A DNA stretch of 64,000 bases from Armatimonadota bacterium (GCA_041690135.1 JAWLHY010000006.1:128001-192000); one strand, 5' to 3'; counted from the first letter of the stretch, positions 50,270 through 60,997 are shown. Numbers and translations: made by a program. The notes: generated by a model not told the origin, from the letters alone.

Positions 50270-51649
50270 ATGAGTTCCGAAAGGCGCATGGTAGCGGGCT
50301 TCCTCGCGGCGGTAACGGCGGTTTCCCTGCTGTTGCTGGGATTGTTTGCGGCCTGGGGCCGCGCAGGCCGCGCCCTCGCCATGACCGATGATCGCCGGCC
50401 CCTCCTGTTCACCGGCTGGGGAGGGATCATTGAGAGACAAGTCTTCGAACGGCTCATCGCGGAGTTCGAACGCCTGCACCCGGAGATCCGGGTCGATTAC
50501 CGACCGACGCCCCGAGACTACCCCACCAAGCTCAAACTGATGTTCGCCGGGGGAACGCCTCCGGACGTGTTCTACCTTCCCGACACGGAGTTTCCCGGGT
50601 TTGCGATCAACGGTCGGATCTTGAACCTCCAACCCTGGATCGACAGGAGCGTCGTGATCCGAGAACGGGAATTCTGGCCCTCGTCTCTGCGGCGTTACCG
50701 GTTTGATGACCGGGTGTTCGGGCGCGGCCCTCTCTATGCGTTGCCGAAGGACATTGGTCCCACGGCGATGTTCGTAAACCTCGATCTGCTGCGTGCCGTG
50801 AACCCGGGACTGGCGGCCAGGATCCAGAAGCGAGAAGTTGCCCCGACCCTCACCTGGCCGGAAGCTGAACAGCTCTGGAAGGAGCTGACCCGCGATCTCA
50901 ATGGCGATGGTCGCACCGACCAGTGGGGTACCCACGGAATCACGCTGGAAGCTGCGGTCTGGAGCCACGGCGGCAAGTTCCTCAGCGACGATGGACGCTG
51001 TTTCATCATGCTGCAGGACGCGCTCGCGATTGAGGCGGCCGAATGGCTCGTGGGGCTACAGACCCGCCTGAAGGTCGCGCCCATGGAGCGGCAAAGGCAG
51101 TCGATTCCGGTCGACACGTTGTTCCTTACCGGTCGGCTCGCCACTTTCGTCGGAGGCCGCTGGATGGTTCCGCAGTTCCGCAGGGCCGCATTCGCTTGGG
51201 ACGTGTTACCCGTTCCTGTCAGCCCGCGAACGCGGCGTCTGGCCGGGTGGAGCGGCAGCGTGGGCCTGGCCATCTCCTCGCACTGCCGGCACCCGGGAGA
51301 TGCCTGGAAGCTGATCGAGTTTCTGTCCGGCCCGCAGGGACAGGCGGCACAGGCGAGAACCGGGTTCCAGATTCCCAATCAACGCTGGCTTTCGCACACC
51401 GAAGTCTTCTTGCAGCCCGGCCAGCGCCCCGAACATGCAGAAGTCTTCATCGATGCAGCCGGATATCAGGACGCCGGACCTCCGACCCGCACGCCGGATG
51501 ATGAATGGTGGGACCTCCTCCACCGCTCGCTTTCGCGCGCCTACCGCGGTGAGGCAACCGCACGGGAGGCGGTGTTGCGGGTCGCGCCGGACGTGCAGGC
51601 GGCACTCGATCGCGCGTGGCGCGCCATAGATCGCGAGCGCAGACCATGA
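50270..51649 (+). CDS. Carbohydrate ABC transporter substrate-binding protein
   Basis: FERLHPEIRV, AGGTPPDVF, YALP, DLNGDGRTDQWG, AWKLIEFL. Confidence 0.9.
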   Translation: MSSERRMVAGFLAAVTAVSLLLLGLFAAWGRAGRALAMTDDRRPLLFTGWGGIIERQVFERLIAEFERLHPEIRVDYRPTPRDYPTKLKLMFAGGTPPDVFYLPDTEFPGFAINGRILNLQPWIDRSVVIREREFWPSSLRRYRFDDRVFGRGPLYALPKDIGPTAMFVNLDLLRAVNPGLAARIQKREVAPTLTWPEAEQLWKELTRDLNGDGRTDQWGTHGITLEAAVWSHGGKFLSDDGRCFIMLQDALAIEAAEWLVGLQTRLKVAPMERQRQSIPVDTLFLTGRLATFVGGRWMVPQFRRAAFAWDVLPVPVSPRTRRLAGWSGSVGLAISSHCRHPGDAWKLIEFLSGPQGQAAQARTGFQIPNQRWLSHTEVFLQPGQRPEHAEVFIDAAGYQDAGPPTRTPDDEWWDLLHRSLSRAYRGEATAREAVLRVAPDVQAALDRAWRAIDRERRP

Positions 51650-52548
51650 CCGAAAAGCCACCTATCCGAACTCTCGGCCCGCTGGCCAGATCGGAAGCTC
51701 GTTGGGCCTACGGCTTCATCCTGGCGCCGTTCGTCGGGTTTGTGCTGTTTGGGTTGGGCCCCGTCCTGGCATCCGCCCTGTTGAGCTTCTATGAATACAA
51801 CCTGCTGGGGGCCCCGCGCTGGATCGGCCTGGGAAACTTCCGGGAACTGGGAGGCGATGCGCGGTTCCACGAGTCTCTCTGGAACACGGCTTTCTTCCTC
51901 CTGGGAATTCCAGTTGGTATGGCGCTCTCGCTACTAGTCGCGCTCGCTCTCAACCGGATGCCTGGGGCACCGCTACTCCGGTCGCTCTACTTCCTTCCCG
52001 CGGTGACGAGCATCGTCGCCGTATCGTTGTTGTGGACGTGGCTCTACAACCCGGAGTTCGGTTGGATCAACAACGTGCTGTCGCAGTTGGGTATTGTTGG
52101 GCCTGCGTGGCTCCAGGACCCGTTGTGGGTGAAACCGGCCCTGATCCTGATGGGCATCTGGATGGGTTTAGGCCACTCGCTCCTGCTCTACCTGGCGGGG
52201 CTACAAAGCATACCCGGCGCCCTACTGGAAGCCGCCTCCCTTGATGGAGCCGGCGTCGTGGGTCGTTTCCGGTGGGTGGTGTGGCCACTGCTGACCCCTA
52301 CCACCTTTTTCATCGTCATTACGTCCGTCATCGGCACGCTGCAGATGTTCGGGCAGATCTACATGATGACCCAGGGCGGTCCGGAGTTCGCCTCGGCCAC
52401 CACTATGTACTACCTGTGGGAGACGGCGTTCCAGTGGAACCGCATGGGCTATGCCTGCGCGATGGCCTGGATCCTGGGAAGTGCGATCATCGGCGCCACC
52501 GGGGCACAGTTCGCGGTAGCCCGCAGGTGGGTCTACTACCAGGAGTGA
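51646..52548 (+). CDS. Carbohydrate ABC transporter permease
   Basis: GLQSIP...EAASLDGA loop. Confidence 0.92.
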   Translation: MTEKPPIRTLGPLARSEARWAYGFILAPFVGFVLFGLGPVLASALLSFYEYNLLGAPRWIGLGNFRELGGDARFHESLWNTAFFLLGIPVGMALSLLVALALNRMPGAPLLRSLYFLPAVTSIVAVSLLWTWLYNPEFGWINNVLSQLGIVGPAWLQDPLWVKPALILMGIWMGLGHSLLLYLAGLQSIPGALLEAASLDGAGVVGRFRWVVWPLLTPTTFFIVITSVIGTLQMFGQIYMMTQGGPEFASATTMYYLWETAFQWNRMGYACAMAWILGSAIIGATGAQFAVARRWVYYQE

Positions 52549-52565
52549 CCCTCGGGGGGATTGCC

Positions 52566-52600
52566 AATTGAGAATTGCAAATTGCAAATTGCTAATTGGG
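52566..52600 (+). repeat. Five tandem AATTGnn heptamers overlapping the permease start
   Basis: aattgag aattgca aattgca aattgct aattggg. Confidence 0.85.
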
Positions 52601-53407
52601 ACCACCGTTGCGAGGGGCGGAGTGGTGGTCGGTGCGGTGGTGATGCTGCTGCCTTTCGGCTGGATGCTCTCCACGGCGCTACAAACACCCGCTGAGGTAT
52701 TCTCGCAGCCGCCACGCTGGCTGCCCCGGGCGCCGCAGTGGGGGAACTTTGTTCAGGCGACCACCGTCGTGCCGTTCTGGCAGGGAGTGCTGAATACCTT
52801 GCTCATCACGCTCCCAGGGCTGATCGGTGGTCTGTTTGCCTCGGCCCTGGCCGCTTACGCATTCGCCCGGCTCCGGTTTCCCGGCCGGGAGATGCTCTTT
52901 GGGACGCTCCTGGTGACGTTGATGATTCCCGCCGCCGTGACCATGGTGCCCCTGTTCGTGCTCTTTCGAGAACTGCGTTGGATCGACAGCTTCCGACCGC
53001 TTATCGTCCCAGCCCTCTTCGGCGGCGCCTATGCCATTTTCTTTCTCCGGCAGTTCTTTAGAACACTCCCCGCTGACCTGGACGAAGCCTCCCGTATCGA
53101 CGGTTGCTCGTACTGGCAAACCTTCTGGAAGATCCTGCTCCCCCTCGCCCACGCGCCCGTGGCGACCCTGGCGGTATTCGGCTTCCTTGCCGGATGGAAC
53201 GAGTTCCTGGCGCCGCTGATCTATCTCAGCTCTCCAGAACGGTTTCCGCTGCAACTGGTTCTGGCGGAGTTCCAGAGCCTCTACTACACGGACTGGTCGC
53301 TGATGATGGCGGGCGCGACCCTGGCCAGCCTACCCGTCATGGCACTTTATCTCGTCGCCCAACGCTACGTGGCGGAAGGGATTGCCCTCTCGGGAATCAA
53401 GGCTTAA
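52568..53407 (+). CDS. Carbohydrate ABC transporter permease
   Basis: FFLRQFF...EASRIDGC; WNEFL. Confidence 0.92.
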   Translation: MRIANCKLLIGTTVARGGVVVGAVVMLLPFGWMLSTALQTPAEVFSQPPRWLPRAPQWGNFVQATTVVPFWQGVLNTLLITLPGLIGGLFASALAAYAFARLRFPGREMLFGTLLVTLMIPAAVTMVPLFVLFRELRWIDSFRPLIVPALFGGAYAIFFLRQFFRTLPADLDEASRIDGCSYWQTFWKILLPLAHAPVATLAVFGFLAGWNEFLAPLIYLSSPERFPLQLVLAEFQSLYYTDWSLMMAGATLASLPVMALYLVAQRYVAEGIALSGIKA

Positions 53408-54192
53408 CTGGATGCGCGAGACATGCCGGCACTGTCGGGCTGCAAGATCTTGATACCGATCACCGAACGCCGAGCTCGTGGAAGGTACTCCAGCAATGGC
53501 TCATCGATCACCTTCTTCCGAGTCTGGCTGGCGTGTCGCAGGATCAGTGTCCCCTTGTTCCGGAACAAAAATCCGACGTGGCCGGCTACGATATCGGGCC
53601 GGTCAAGGACGAAAAGCACCACGGAACCATCCGGGATCTGCGCCTGCACCGCAGCTACTTTTGCCCGCGGAAGATAGGTCGTCTTCACCGCTCGCGCGAC
53701 GGCGCCGGATCGCTTGGGATCGCCGCCCCGCGAAGACAACAACTTCGGAAGATCGATTTGCCGGTTGATCCACTTCACGTGGTTGCCACCGACTTGTGCC
53801 GTGACATCCCGCGCAGGCCAGGGGTAGATCAACCAATCCGGCACGCAATAATGGTGGCGGTTCTCCAACCGCACCTGACCACGCCGGTACCGGATTAACC
53901 GTACCGCGGCATCGAGCCCGCCCACCCACGGAGCAATCGCCTCCGCCATGACCTGTTCCACCAGAGTCTGGCAGTCGGCATATTTGCGGCTGAACAACGG
54001 GTCCCTATCCGGTCCGGTAGCTTCACCAAGACAATCGAGACGGTACGGAACGCCGAGGTAACGGCCACTGATGGCACGCAAGCGCGAAGGAGAAACCGCA
54101 TGCACCGGGACGGTGGCTGCTTCGACACCTTGCCCGATAGCGATCCAACCGAATAGGCCCAATATCGCCAACCGCCGGTACACCCGCCTCAT
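53404..54192 (-). CDS. DUF1460 / NlpC-P60-like N-acetylmuramoyl-L-alanine amidase
   Basis: Signal peptide; YLGVPY..LGE, DCQT, HVGF, RHAS. Confidence 0.8.
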   Translation of the reverse strand: MRRVYRRLAILGLFGWIAIGQGVEAATVPVHAVSPSRLRAISGRYLGVPYRLDCLGEATGPDRDPLFSRKYADCQTLVEQVMAEAIAPWVGGLDAAVRLIRYRRGQVRLENRHHYCVPDWLIYPWPARDVTAQVGGNHVKWINRQIDLPKLLSSRGGDPKRSGAVARAVKTTYLPRAKVAAVQAQIPDGSVVLFVLDRPDIVAGHVGFLFRNKGTLILRHASQTRKKVIDEPLLEYLPRARRSVIGIKILQPDSAGMSRASS

Positions 54193-55916
54193 GGAAGGTC
54201 TTCCAGCAGAGGCTGGGGCTGGTACCGATCGCCGGTTCCTAACTGTTCGTCTACCAGACTCAGCAGTGCCGAAGACCGATCGACCGGCCTTTCCAACTCC
54301 CGAATAAGTGCCAGCGCCCGCCGTGGCTCCACGCTAAAGAGACCCCGCGCAGCCTCGGCCAATGCGCTCCCCCGCTCACGCCGGTCGGGAATATGGGGGG
54401 CTAGCTCCATCACAATCTCCGGAGCGACACCAGCGGCCGCACGCGAAAAGTCACCCATGGATGGACAGTCGATCCGCCGCAACAGCAGGTCGCAAACCCG
54501 CCGAAGCGCCGCCTTACCCTGCACCGGATCACAGCGGTGGAGCGCGAGAGCGGCCTGTGTCATCCCCTCGGTATCGTCACTCGCTTCGGCAACCGAGAGC
54601 CAGCGCTGGAGCACCACAGCGCCCGCCCCGGCATCGAGTTGCTCCATCCAGCGGCTGGCCTCGGGGAGGCCCAGCACGCCCGGGATCCGGGGATCGTCAT
54701 CCGAGAGGCGCGACAGCACCCGTTCGATCAACGGCTTTGCCGCGCTGATATCCAGGTAGGGCGAGCGGTCGGTCCGGAACACCAGGTCCAGGATATGGGC
54801 GTATTCCCAAAGGGCTTCCAGCGCCTCCCCTTCCCGCATCGCTTGCGCAAACAGATCGGCTGCTTCCCGCGGATGCGAGGCCGCGAGTTCATTGGCGATC
54901 AGCACATAGGTAGCGATCCGCCGGGCGCCCTCCTCATCCTGGGAGGCGGCGGCGATCGCATCGTGAAAAATACGCCCCGCCCACTCCCGGTCCAACTCCG
55001 CTACCGCCGACGCCACCCCCGTCCAGTGGAGCGCCTGCATCTGGGTTCCGGAACTCTCTCCGGCTTCCAGGGCCTTCTGGAACAGGCGACGGGCTCGCTC
55101 GGGCTCCGTACCGATGGCGGCATGCGCCAGCCGCACGATGGCTTCCGGACCCTGCATGTGGGCGATAAAGAGAGCGTCCTCTTCGGCGCCATCGAACACC
55201 GCTCCGCGCTGCACCGCATCCGGCAGGTTGCCGGCAACCTGCATCCGCACTTCCAGGCGCATCACGGGGTCTTGTATCTCCGACGCCAGGGCGACGGCGT
55301 GTGCTGGATCCTGCACCCCCAGCGTGTTCGCCAGAAACACCAGCAGTGGATCGCGGGACTCGAGCTCACGGCAAAGGCGCTCCGCTTCAGCCAGGAAGGC
55401 ACTCCCCCGGGCCTCCCCCATTACCACCAGCGCTTCCCCCACCAGCGCCAATGCCAGCGCCGCGGTTCGCCCCTCGCCCTCGTCGCGGGTCACGAGGGCC
55501 TCGGTCTCGGGGACCAAGCGGGACGCAGCCAGGCGTCCGGCCTCCGCATCTTTCTCGTAGAGCGTGACCGCCAACTCCGACAGCTCGTTCAGAACCCGCA
55601 ACTGGTCGTCTGGGGACTGCGCACGAGCAATCTCTAACGCACGGGAGAAGAATGGCTCCAGATCCGTCTCGCTTTGACGAATCAGGTCTCTGCAGACGGT
55701 AGCGAGAAGATCCAAACGAGCGCCGACGTCTTCCGTGGCAGCATCGATGCGTTGGCCGGCACTCCGAGGGTCAACGGTCGAGAGCCGGTAAAGCCACGCC
55801 ACACAATGACGCTCCCGCATCACGGGATGGGTGATGGACGTGGCTTCCCGGAGGCCCTCCTCCGCGACTGCGAGAAGATCCGGAGCACCCGTTGCAGGGG
55901 TTTGGTCAGTGAACAT
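54189..55916 (-). CDS. Alpha-helical repeat hypothetical protein
   Basis: Ala/Leu/Glu-rich helical repeats (A..I.D...R); coupled to neighbours. Confidence 0.7.
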   Translation of the reverse strand: MFTDQTPATGAPDLLAVAEEGLREATSITHPVMRERHCVAWLYRLSTVDPRSAGQRIDAATEDVGARLDLLATVCRDLIRQSETDLEPFFSRALEIARAQSPDDQLRVLNELSELAVTLYEKDAEAGRLAASRLVPETEALVTRDEGEGRTAALALALVGEALVVMGEARGSAFLAEAERLCRELESRDPLLVFLANTLGVQDPAHAVALASEIQDPVMRLEVRMQVAGNLPDAVQRGAVFDGAEEDALFIAHMQGPEAIVRLAHAAIGTEPERARRLFQKALEAGESSGTQMQALHWTGVASAVAELDREWAGRIFHDAIAAASQDEEGARRIATYVLIANELAASHPREAADLFAQAMREGEALEALWEYAHILDLVFRTDRSPYLDISAAKPLIERVLSRLSDDDPRIPGVLGLPEASRWMEQLDAGAGAVVLQRWLSVAEASDDTEGMTQAALALHRCDPVQGKAALRRVCDLLLRRIDCPSMGDFSRAAAGVAPEIVMELAPHIPDRRERGSALAEAARGLFSVEPRRALALIRELERPVDRSSALLSLVDEQLGTGDRYQPQPLLEDLP

Positions 55917-55918
55917 GA

Positions 55919-56539
55919 CTATCCAATAAAGCTCAACAGGTCGAGTTCGGCTCGCGCACATTCGTCCGCCGCGCTGCGGAGCTGTTTCAGCAGCCCCGAA
56001 GGACGGCTCCGCTGCCGCTGCATCGCGGCGTCAAGACCCTCAACCAGTTTGCCGGCCTCTTCGCGGGTGATGTATCCGAGATACGGCCCCACATCTTCGG
56101 CCGTCCCCTTCTCCCAGAGGTGCCGGGTGCCCCGTACTTCTCTGCCTCGGGTCAGGTAGTTCGCCAGGCGGTGGGCGTCGCTCCCCTTCGGCAATTGATC
56201 GACTAACGCCTGCAGGCGGTCGAGCGGCATTTCCTCGGACAGAGGGTCCTGATCCACGAATTCGTCGAAGAGATCGATGAGGATCTGCGTCACCAGGTAA
56301 CGCTCATCTTCTTCGAGGCCTTCGTAAAGCTTGCCTTCATAAACGATCCGCTTGAGGAGCCGTTCCAGTACCGGTAGCGCCCGGGGTTCCCACCCGCCCC
56401 CTTCATCGTCATCGTCATCATCTTCCATGAGCGCCTTCCAGGCCTCCTGGTAGCGCGTGTCATCGCCGCAGCCGATCCACCCGTGTAATTCATCCAGCTC
56501 CACGGCGTAGAGGATCACGTTGACTTCAGATCTGGCCAT
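55919..56539 (-). CDS. Acidic hypothetical protein
   Basis: RBS GGGGAGAG; YAVELDEL...IGCGD, PYLGYITREE. Confidence 0.7.
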   Translation of the reverse strand: MARSEVNVILYAVELDELHGWIGCGDDTRYQEAWKALMEDDDDDDEGGGWEPRALPVLERLLKRIVYEGKLYEGLEEDERYLVTQILIDLFDEFVDQDPLSEEMPLDRLQALVDQLPKGSDAHRLANYLTRGREVRGTRHLWEKGTAEDVGPYLGYITREEAGKLVEGLDAAMQRQRSRPSGLLKQLRSAADECARAELDLLSFIG

Positions 56540-57470
56540 TTCTCTCCCCTTCGTCCCGCACGGGCTCTTCAAGTCGGGCGACCCACAAGTCCAGGATCTG
56601 GCTCGCTTTCAGTTCGTGCAGACCCAGGTAATACCGAACCACCTCCAGCGCTTCATCCAGCCGGATGGCGCCGACCAGTTCACTTCCGGAAACGGCCACC
56701 CCAAAGCGCGCGGCTTCGAGTTTAACGAGTTCAAAGACCCGATACAGCGGCACGTGTGCGGGGCGCGTAACATTGAGTGACACCTGCGCCTGGCCCAGGT
56801 GGTCAAGCCACATCCCCAATGCTTTTACTCCGAGTAGGCCCCCGTCCCGTTCCCGGACACGACGGGCTATGGCGCGGGCAATCCCGACATCGGTGGTATG
56901 CAGGTTAACGTTATAGGCCAGGAGGGGTCCCCGTGCCCCCACGGCGACCGCACCCGCCGTGGGGTGCATTCTTTCGGGCCCGGCATCCGGCTGTCGTTCC
57001 CCGAGGAGCGGCATGGTATGGAGCACGTCGAACCCGGCGCCCCGAACCCGGGCGAGGTTCTTCCGTTCCGGGTGCGTGGCTGCCTCCTCATAGAAGTAAA
57101 CCGGCAAGTCGAGTTCGGCCGCGAGGAGTTGGCCCACATCCCGCGCTACCCGAATACACGATTCCATCGACGTATTACCCACCGGCACAAACGGCAGCAC
57201 ATCCAACGCTCCAATGCGCGGGTGCTCGCCGCGGTGTTTCGTAAGGTCAATCCGCCGGACGGCTTCCCGGGCTACCGCCAACGACGCCCGGGTCACTCCA
57301 TCCGCATCGCCCAGGTAGGTGAGGACCATCCGGTTGTGATCCGGATCGGTGTGCCTATCGACCAGTGCCACTCCCGGCGTTGCCTGGACGGTGGCTTCCA
57401 GGGCATCCATCACTTCCGCATCCCGTCCCTCGCTAAAGTTGGGTACACATTGGATCAACTCAGCCGGCAT
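56526..57470 (-). CDS. ftcD: Glutamate formimidoyltransferase
   Basis: CVPNFSEGR, DHNR, HPRIGALDVLPFVP, HPTAG, GAR. Confidence 0.93.
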   Translation of the reverse strand: MPAELIQCVPNFSEGRDAEVMDALEATVQATPGVALVDRHTDPDHNRMVLTYLGDADGVTRASLAVAREAVRRIDLTKHRGEHPRIGALDVLPFVPVGNTSMESCIRVARDVGQLLAAELDLPVYFYEEAATHPERKNLARVRGAGFDVLHTMPLLGERQPDAGPERMHPTAGAVAVGARGPLLAYNVNLHTTDVGIARAIARRVRERDGGLLGVKALGMWLDHLGQAQVSLNVTRPAHVPLYRVFELVKLEAARFGVAVSGSELVGAIRLDEALEVVRYYLGLHELKASQILDLWVARLEEPVRDEGERNGQI

Positions 57471-57498
57471 CCACGCGTCACCTCCTGGGGAAGTGTAT

Positions 57499-57608
57499 CG
57501 TTCGGGCACTCTGGCGTTCAGGCGTTCAGGCATTCAGGCCCCCCTATGAGGGATGGGCGTTCGGGCGCTTGGGCACTCGGACGGTGTTCGGGTGGTCAGG
57601 TGTTCAGG
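57499..57608. repeat. Two runs of degenerate octamers (YGTTCRGG)
   Basis: cgttcggg cactctgg cgttcagg cgttcagg cattcagg; second run 57558-57608. Confidence 0.75.
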
Positions 57609-57782
57609 ATGTTTTGGCGAATTGTTGACGCCTCGGATGACGGCGCCGTAGGGAAGGTAACGGACACCCGGCAGAGCCTGGTGAGTTCCATTCCGCTGCT
57701 CGCGAGGTTGATCTCGTGGGGCCAAATGGTGCTCTTGGAGCATCATGGGGCGGACGCATCCGTTTCCGTACACCCATGCGAG

Positions 57783-57811
57783 AAGGGGAACGGTCGTCGA
57801 CCGTTCCCCTT
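57783..57811 (-). terminator. Terminator-like hairpin downstream of prepilin gene
   Basis: aaggggaacggtc-gtc-gaccgttcccctt, 13-bp stem. Confidence 0.6.
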
Positions 57812-57868
57812 TCAAACCTTCCGGCAGCAGTGTCCAACTCCGGCGGAGCCGAACGTACAGCTACCCGA

Positions 57869-58525
57869 TTAATAAAGGTTCCAGAGTTCGAAGCGGTTGA
57901 GCGTGGCGGGGTCGATGGTGGTGCCGTCTTCGGCAGCCACTTCCTTCTCGAGGAAGCCCTTCTTCATCGACTTCACGTGGCCGTCCAGGAAACCGACGTT
58001 CGCCATCTCGTTGTGCAGATACCACGCACCACCGTAGGTACCGGCCACCGTTAAGGGATCGGCCCGGTAGGAGCCCTGATCCACGATGGCCACCGTGTCG
58101 GCGGGCTTTGCGACCCCAGCCAGGGCCGTCGCGTGGAGGAACCGCCAGTTGTAACCGTAGGTCACCTGATCGTCCGCCGGGTTGTTCGTATCCAGCGTGT
58201 CCTGCTGGTCGGTACTACTGGCGCACTTCCAGACCTGGCTGTTCTTCACGTAGGCGTTCACCGCCGTCGGCCAGGTAGCGAGTACCGTCGTACCCCCCGA
58301 ATCGAGTGAGGCGAAGATGGGATTCACTTCATCGTAATCGTTGGTATACATCTGAATCGCCGACAGGATCTGCTTCACGTTGGAGCGGCATGAGGTCTGC
58401 CGGGCCGCTTCCCGAGCCCGCGCGAACACGGGGAACAGGATGGAAGCCAGGATGGCGATGATGGCAATCACGACGAGGAGCTCGATGAGCGTGAAGCCTC
58501 GCCGGGCGAGCGGTCTGCTGGACAT
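57869..58525 (-). CDS. Prepilin-type DUF1559-like protein with H-X9-DG C-terminus
   Basis: [33 protein letters not shown]; [16 protein letters not shown]. Confidence 0.9.
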   Translation of the reverse strand: MSSRPLARRGFTLIELLVVIAIIAILASILFPVFARAREAARQTSCRSNVKQILSAIQMYTNDYDEVNPIFASLDSGGTTVLATWPTAVNAYVKNSQVWKCASSTDQQDTLDTNNPADDQVTYGYNWRFLHATALAGVAKPADTVAIVDQGSYRADPLTVAGTYGGAWYLHNEMANVGFLDGHVKSMKKGFLEKEVAAEDGTTIDPATLNRFELWNLY

Positions 58526-58688
58526 TGCGGGAGTTCCTTTCCGAGCCGGGTAAAAGCAGGGGCGTCGCTGCGGGAGCGACCTGTGGCAGCACATCCGGGC
58601 CTGCTCTTTCCCGGACCTGTTCATTAGACGACTGTCGCGCGCCCGGGTTCCCTCAAGTCGGTTCCCAGGCAGGCCGTTGTCCACATGC

Positions 58689-59315
58689 CTACCGGGCGCC
58701 GGTCAGGTCGAGGGTTAAAAGCATGCGTGCGAGCGTTTCTGCATGCGCATCCCAGTCGGCCAATTCACAGTCGAAGGTAACGAAGAGCTGCTGCCCTTTG
58801 CTGAGATACGTCCACTGCAGGCGATTCATTTCAATCGCTCCCCGTTTATACGTGCCGCCCACCATGGCAAAGCGTTCCTTCTTTCCCAGCACCGCCAGGC
58901 CGCTGTCCGTTACCTCAAACTTCCCGGAGAAGGCGCGCTCGGGGTACTCCTCCGCATAGGCTTCCACGTAATCTTCATCCACGGAGGTAGGTTCTCCCGC
59001 GGCTGGTTTGAACCGATCCACGCGCAATACGGCGCGCGGCGGTTGGGCGCCCGCCAGCCGGACTTGAAGCACGCGGCTTCCCGCCGCTTTCCGGTCGATC
59101 TCCGCATTGGCCGGAACGCGAATCCGGAAAGTGAGGCCATCATCGCCCGTTTCCGTCCACGTGTCGGGCGCCGGAATCGCCGCGGTAAGGGTCCGGGCGA
59201 AGGCTCCCTGGGGACGAAAGACCTGAATGAAGCGGGAAAATAGCTCCTCAACCTGCGCAAAACCGGCTGTTACGGTCAGAAGCAGCGTGCCGGCCACGAG
59301 AACGACATGGCGCAT
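58689..59315 (-). CDS. Secreted hypothetical protein
   Basis: Signal peptide MRHVVLVAG...AGFA. Confidence 0.65.
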   Translation of the reverse strand: MRHVVLVAGTLLLTVTAGFAQVEELFSRFIQVFRPQGAFARTLTAAIPAPDTWTETGDDGLTFRIRVPANAEIDRKAAGSRVLQVRLAGAQPPRAVLRVDRFKPAAGEPTSVDEDYVEAYAEEYPERAFSGKFEVTDSGLAVLGKKERFAMVGGTYKRGAIEMNRLQWTYLSKGQQLFVTFDCELADWDAHAETLARMLLTLDLTGAR

Positions 59316-59804
59316 CGAGAGTACTCCAGTAGGCAAATACAAAAAATGTTTCCGTAACTGCTTGCAATCTTGGGAAGAATAGCCGAAAATGCTGGGTAGG
59401 GAAAGACGTTCCATACGTGACCGCGTTTCGGCGCAGGTCTCCTCTTCCCCATCCAAGACGGTCGTGCCAGGTCGGATGTATCGAGGCACTTGGCCATTTC
59501 CTGGTCCGCCGACCGACCGTCTGCCCGTGAAGTGCCCACCGGGGCTTGCGGATATCCACCGAGTTTGCGGAGATATCCCACCGTCCGCCGTAGAAGTAAC
59601 GGCAGCCTGGTCCCGGACCGCTCCTGAGAACTCCGGAGTGCTTACACCGGTCCGTGCCTGGTATCCGGTGGTGCGGTAAGTCTATCGCACCTCAGACTAT
59701 TACGCCTTTGTTGATTTCCAACATCTTCCGCCTGCCGGCCGCAGCCGCTACTGCCGTTGTGTACCAGCCTTCCGGCACGGCTTCTTCCCGAAAGATCGTT
59801 CTGT

Positions 59805-60971
59805 ATGCCTAGACCCACGCCTGCCGCCGACCCGATCCAGGGTGTTCTCGAGCTCACCCAGCAGGGGCACGGTTTTCTGCGCCGGGACCCAAACTGGCTT
59901 CCCAGCCGCGAAGACCTGTTCGTCCCTAACGGGCTTATCCGCCAGTTTAACTTGCGCTCCGGTCAGCAACTCACGGCTGCGTGGCGTCCGCCTGGAAAGG
60001 GCCAGCGGAGCGCCTCGGTGAGCCAGGTGCTGGCCGTGGAAGGTGAGCCGCCGCAGCAGGCGAAGACGTGGCCCCAGTTCGACAAACTCGTCGCCGAGTC
60101 TCCCACCCGGCGTATCGTGCTGGAGTCCGGGCCGGAAGACTACACCGGGAGGGCGGTCGACCTCTTCGCCCCCATGGGGTTTGGTCAGCGCGGTCTCATT
60201 ATCGCCCAGCCGTTCGCCGGCAAGACCACGATGCTGCGCAATATCGCGAACTCCATCAAGGTGAAGTATCCGGAGACGGAGCGCTTCATCCTGCTGGTGG
60301 ACGAACGTCCCGAGGAAGTCACCGATTTCCGTCGTGCGGAAGTCGGCCACGTCATCGGCTCAAGTTTCGATACGGGCGCGGAAAACCACCTGAAGAACGC
60401 CGAACTCCTCCTGCAGCGCGCGCACCGACTGGTGGAAGCCGGTAAGGACGTAGTGATGCTGGTCGACAGTTTGACCCGCCTCGCTCGTGCCTCCAACCTC
60501 AGCGGCAAGCAGTCCGGCCGCACCCTTACCGGTGGTCTCGACCCGGCCGCACTCCAGTTCCCGCGCCGCCTGTTCGGCGCGGCCCGAGCCACGGAAGGCC
60601 GGGGGAGTTTCACCATAATCGCCACGGTGCTGGTTGATACCGGCAGCCGCCTGGACGATATGGTGTTCGAGGAGTTCAAGGGCACCGGCAACTGGGAAGT
60701 CCGGCTCGACCGGAAACTGGCCGAAGCCCGCCTGTTCCCGGCCATCGACATTCCGGCCAGCGGTACCCGGCGCGAGGAACTCCTTTACAGCGAAACGGAA
60801 ATGACCGCGGTCCGCCGCCTCCGCCGGTTCCTCCACGGTCAAACGGGTGATCGCCAGGAGCAGCTCGACATGTTCCTGAAGTGGATGAAGAAGTTCCCCT
60901 CCAACCAGCAGATCATCGAACTTGCCGCCCAGCTTCAGCAAACGGCCGCCGCCGGCGGCGCCAAGAAGTAG
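59805..60971 (+). CDS. rho: Transcription termination factor Rho (short form)
   Basis: GFLR, GQRGLI, AGKT, DERPEEVTD, DSLTRLARA, EEFKGTGN, SGTRREELL. Confidence 0.93.
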   Translation: MPRPTPAADPIQGVLELTQQGHGFLRRDPNWLPSREDLFVPNGLIRQFNLRSGQQLTAAWRPPGKGQRSASVSQVLAVEGEPPQQAKTWPQFDKLVAESPTRRIVLESGPEDYTGRAVDLFAPMGFGQRGLIIAQPFAGKTTMLRNIANSIKVKYPETERFILLVDERPEEVTDFRRAEVGHVIGSSFDTGAENHLKNAELLLQRAHRLVEAGKDVVMLVDSLTRLARASNLSGKQSGRTLTGGLDPAALQFPRRLFGAARATEGRGSFTIIATVLVDTGSRLDDMVFEEFKGTGNWEVRLDRKLAEARLFPAIDIPASGTRREELLYSETEMTAVRRLRRFLHGQTGDRQEQLDMFLKWMKKFPSNQQIIELAAQLQQTAAAGGAKK

Positions 60972-60997
60972 CGGCGCGTCTCCGCACTGCAAAGTCT

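Noticed and set aside
50270-53407. Defective ABC transporter because no ATPase gene is present
   Set aside because: Carbohydrate ABC systems commonly share an ATPase encoded elsewhere
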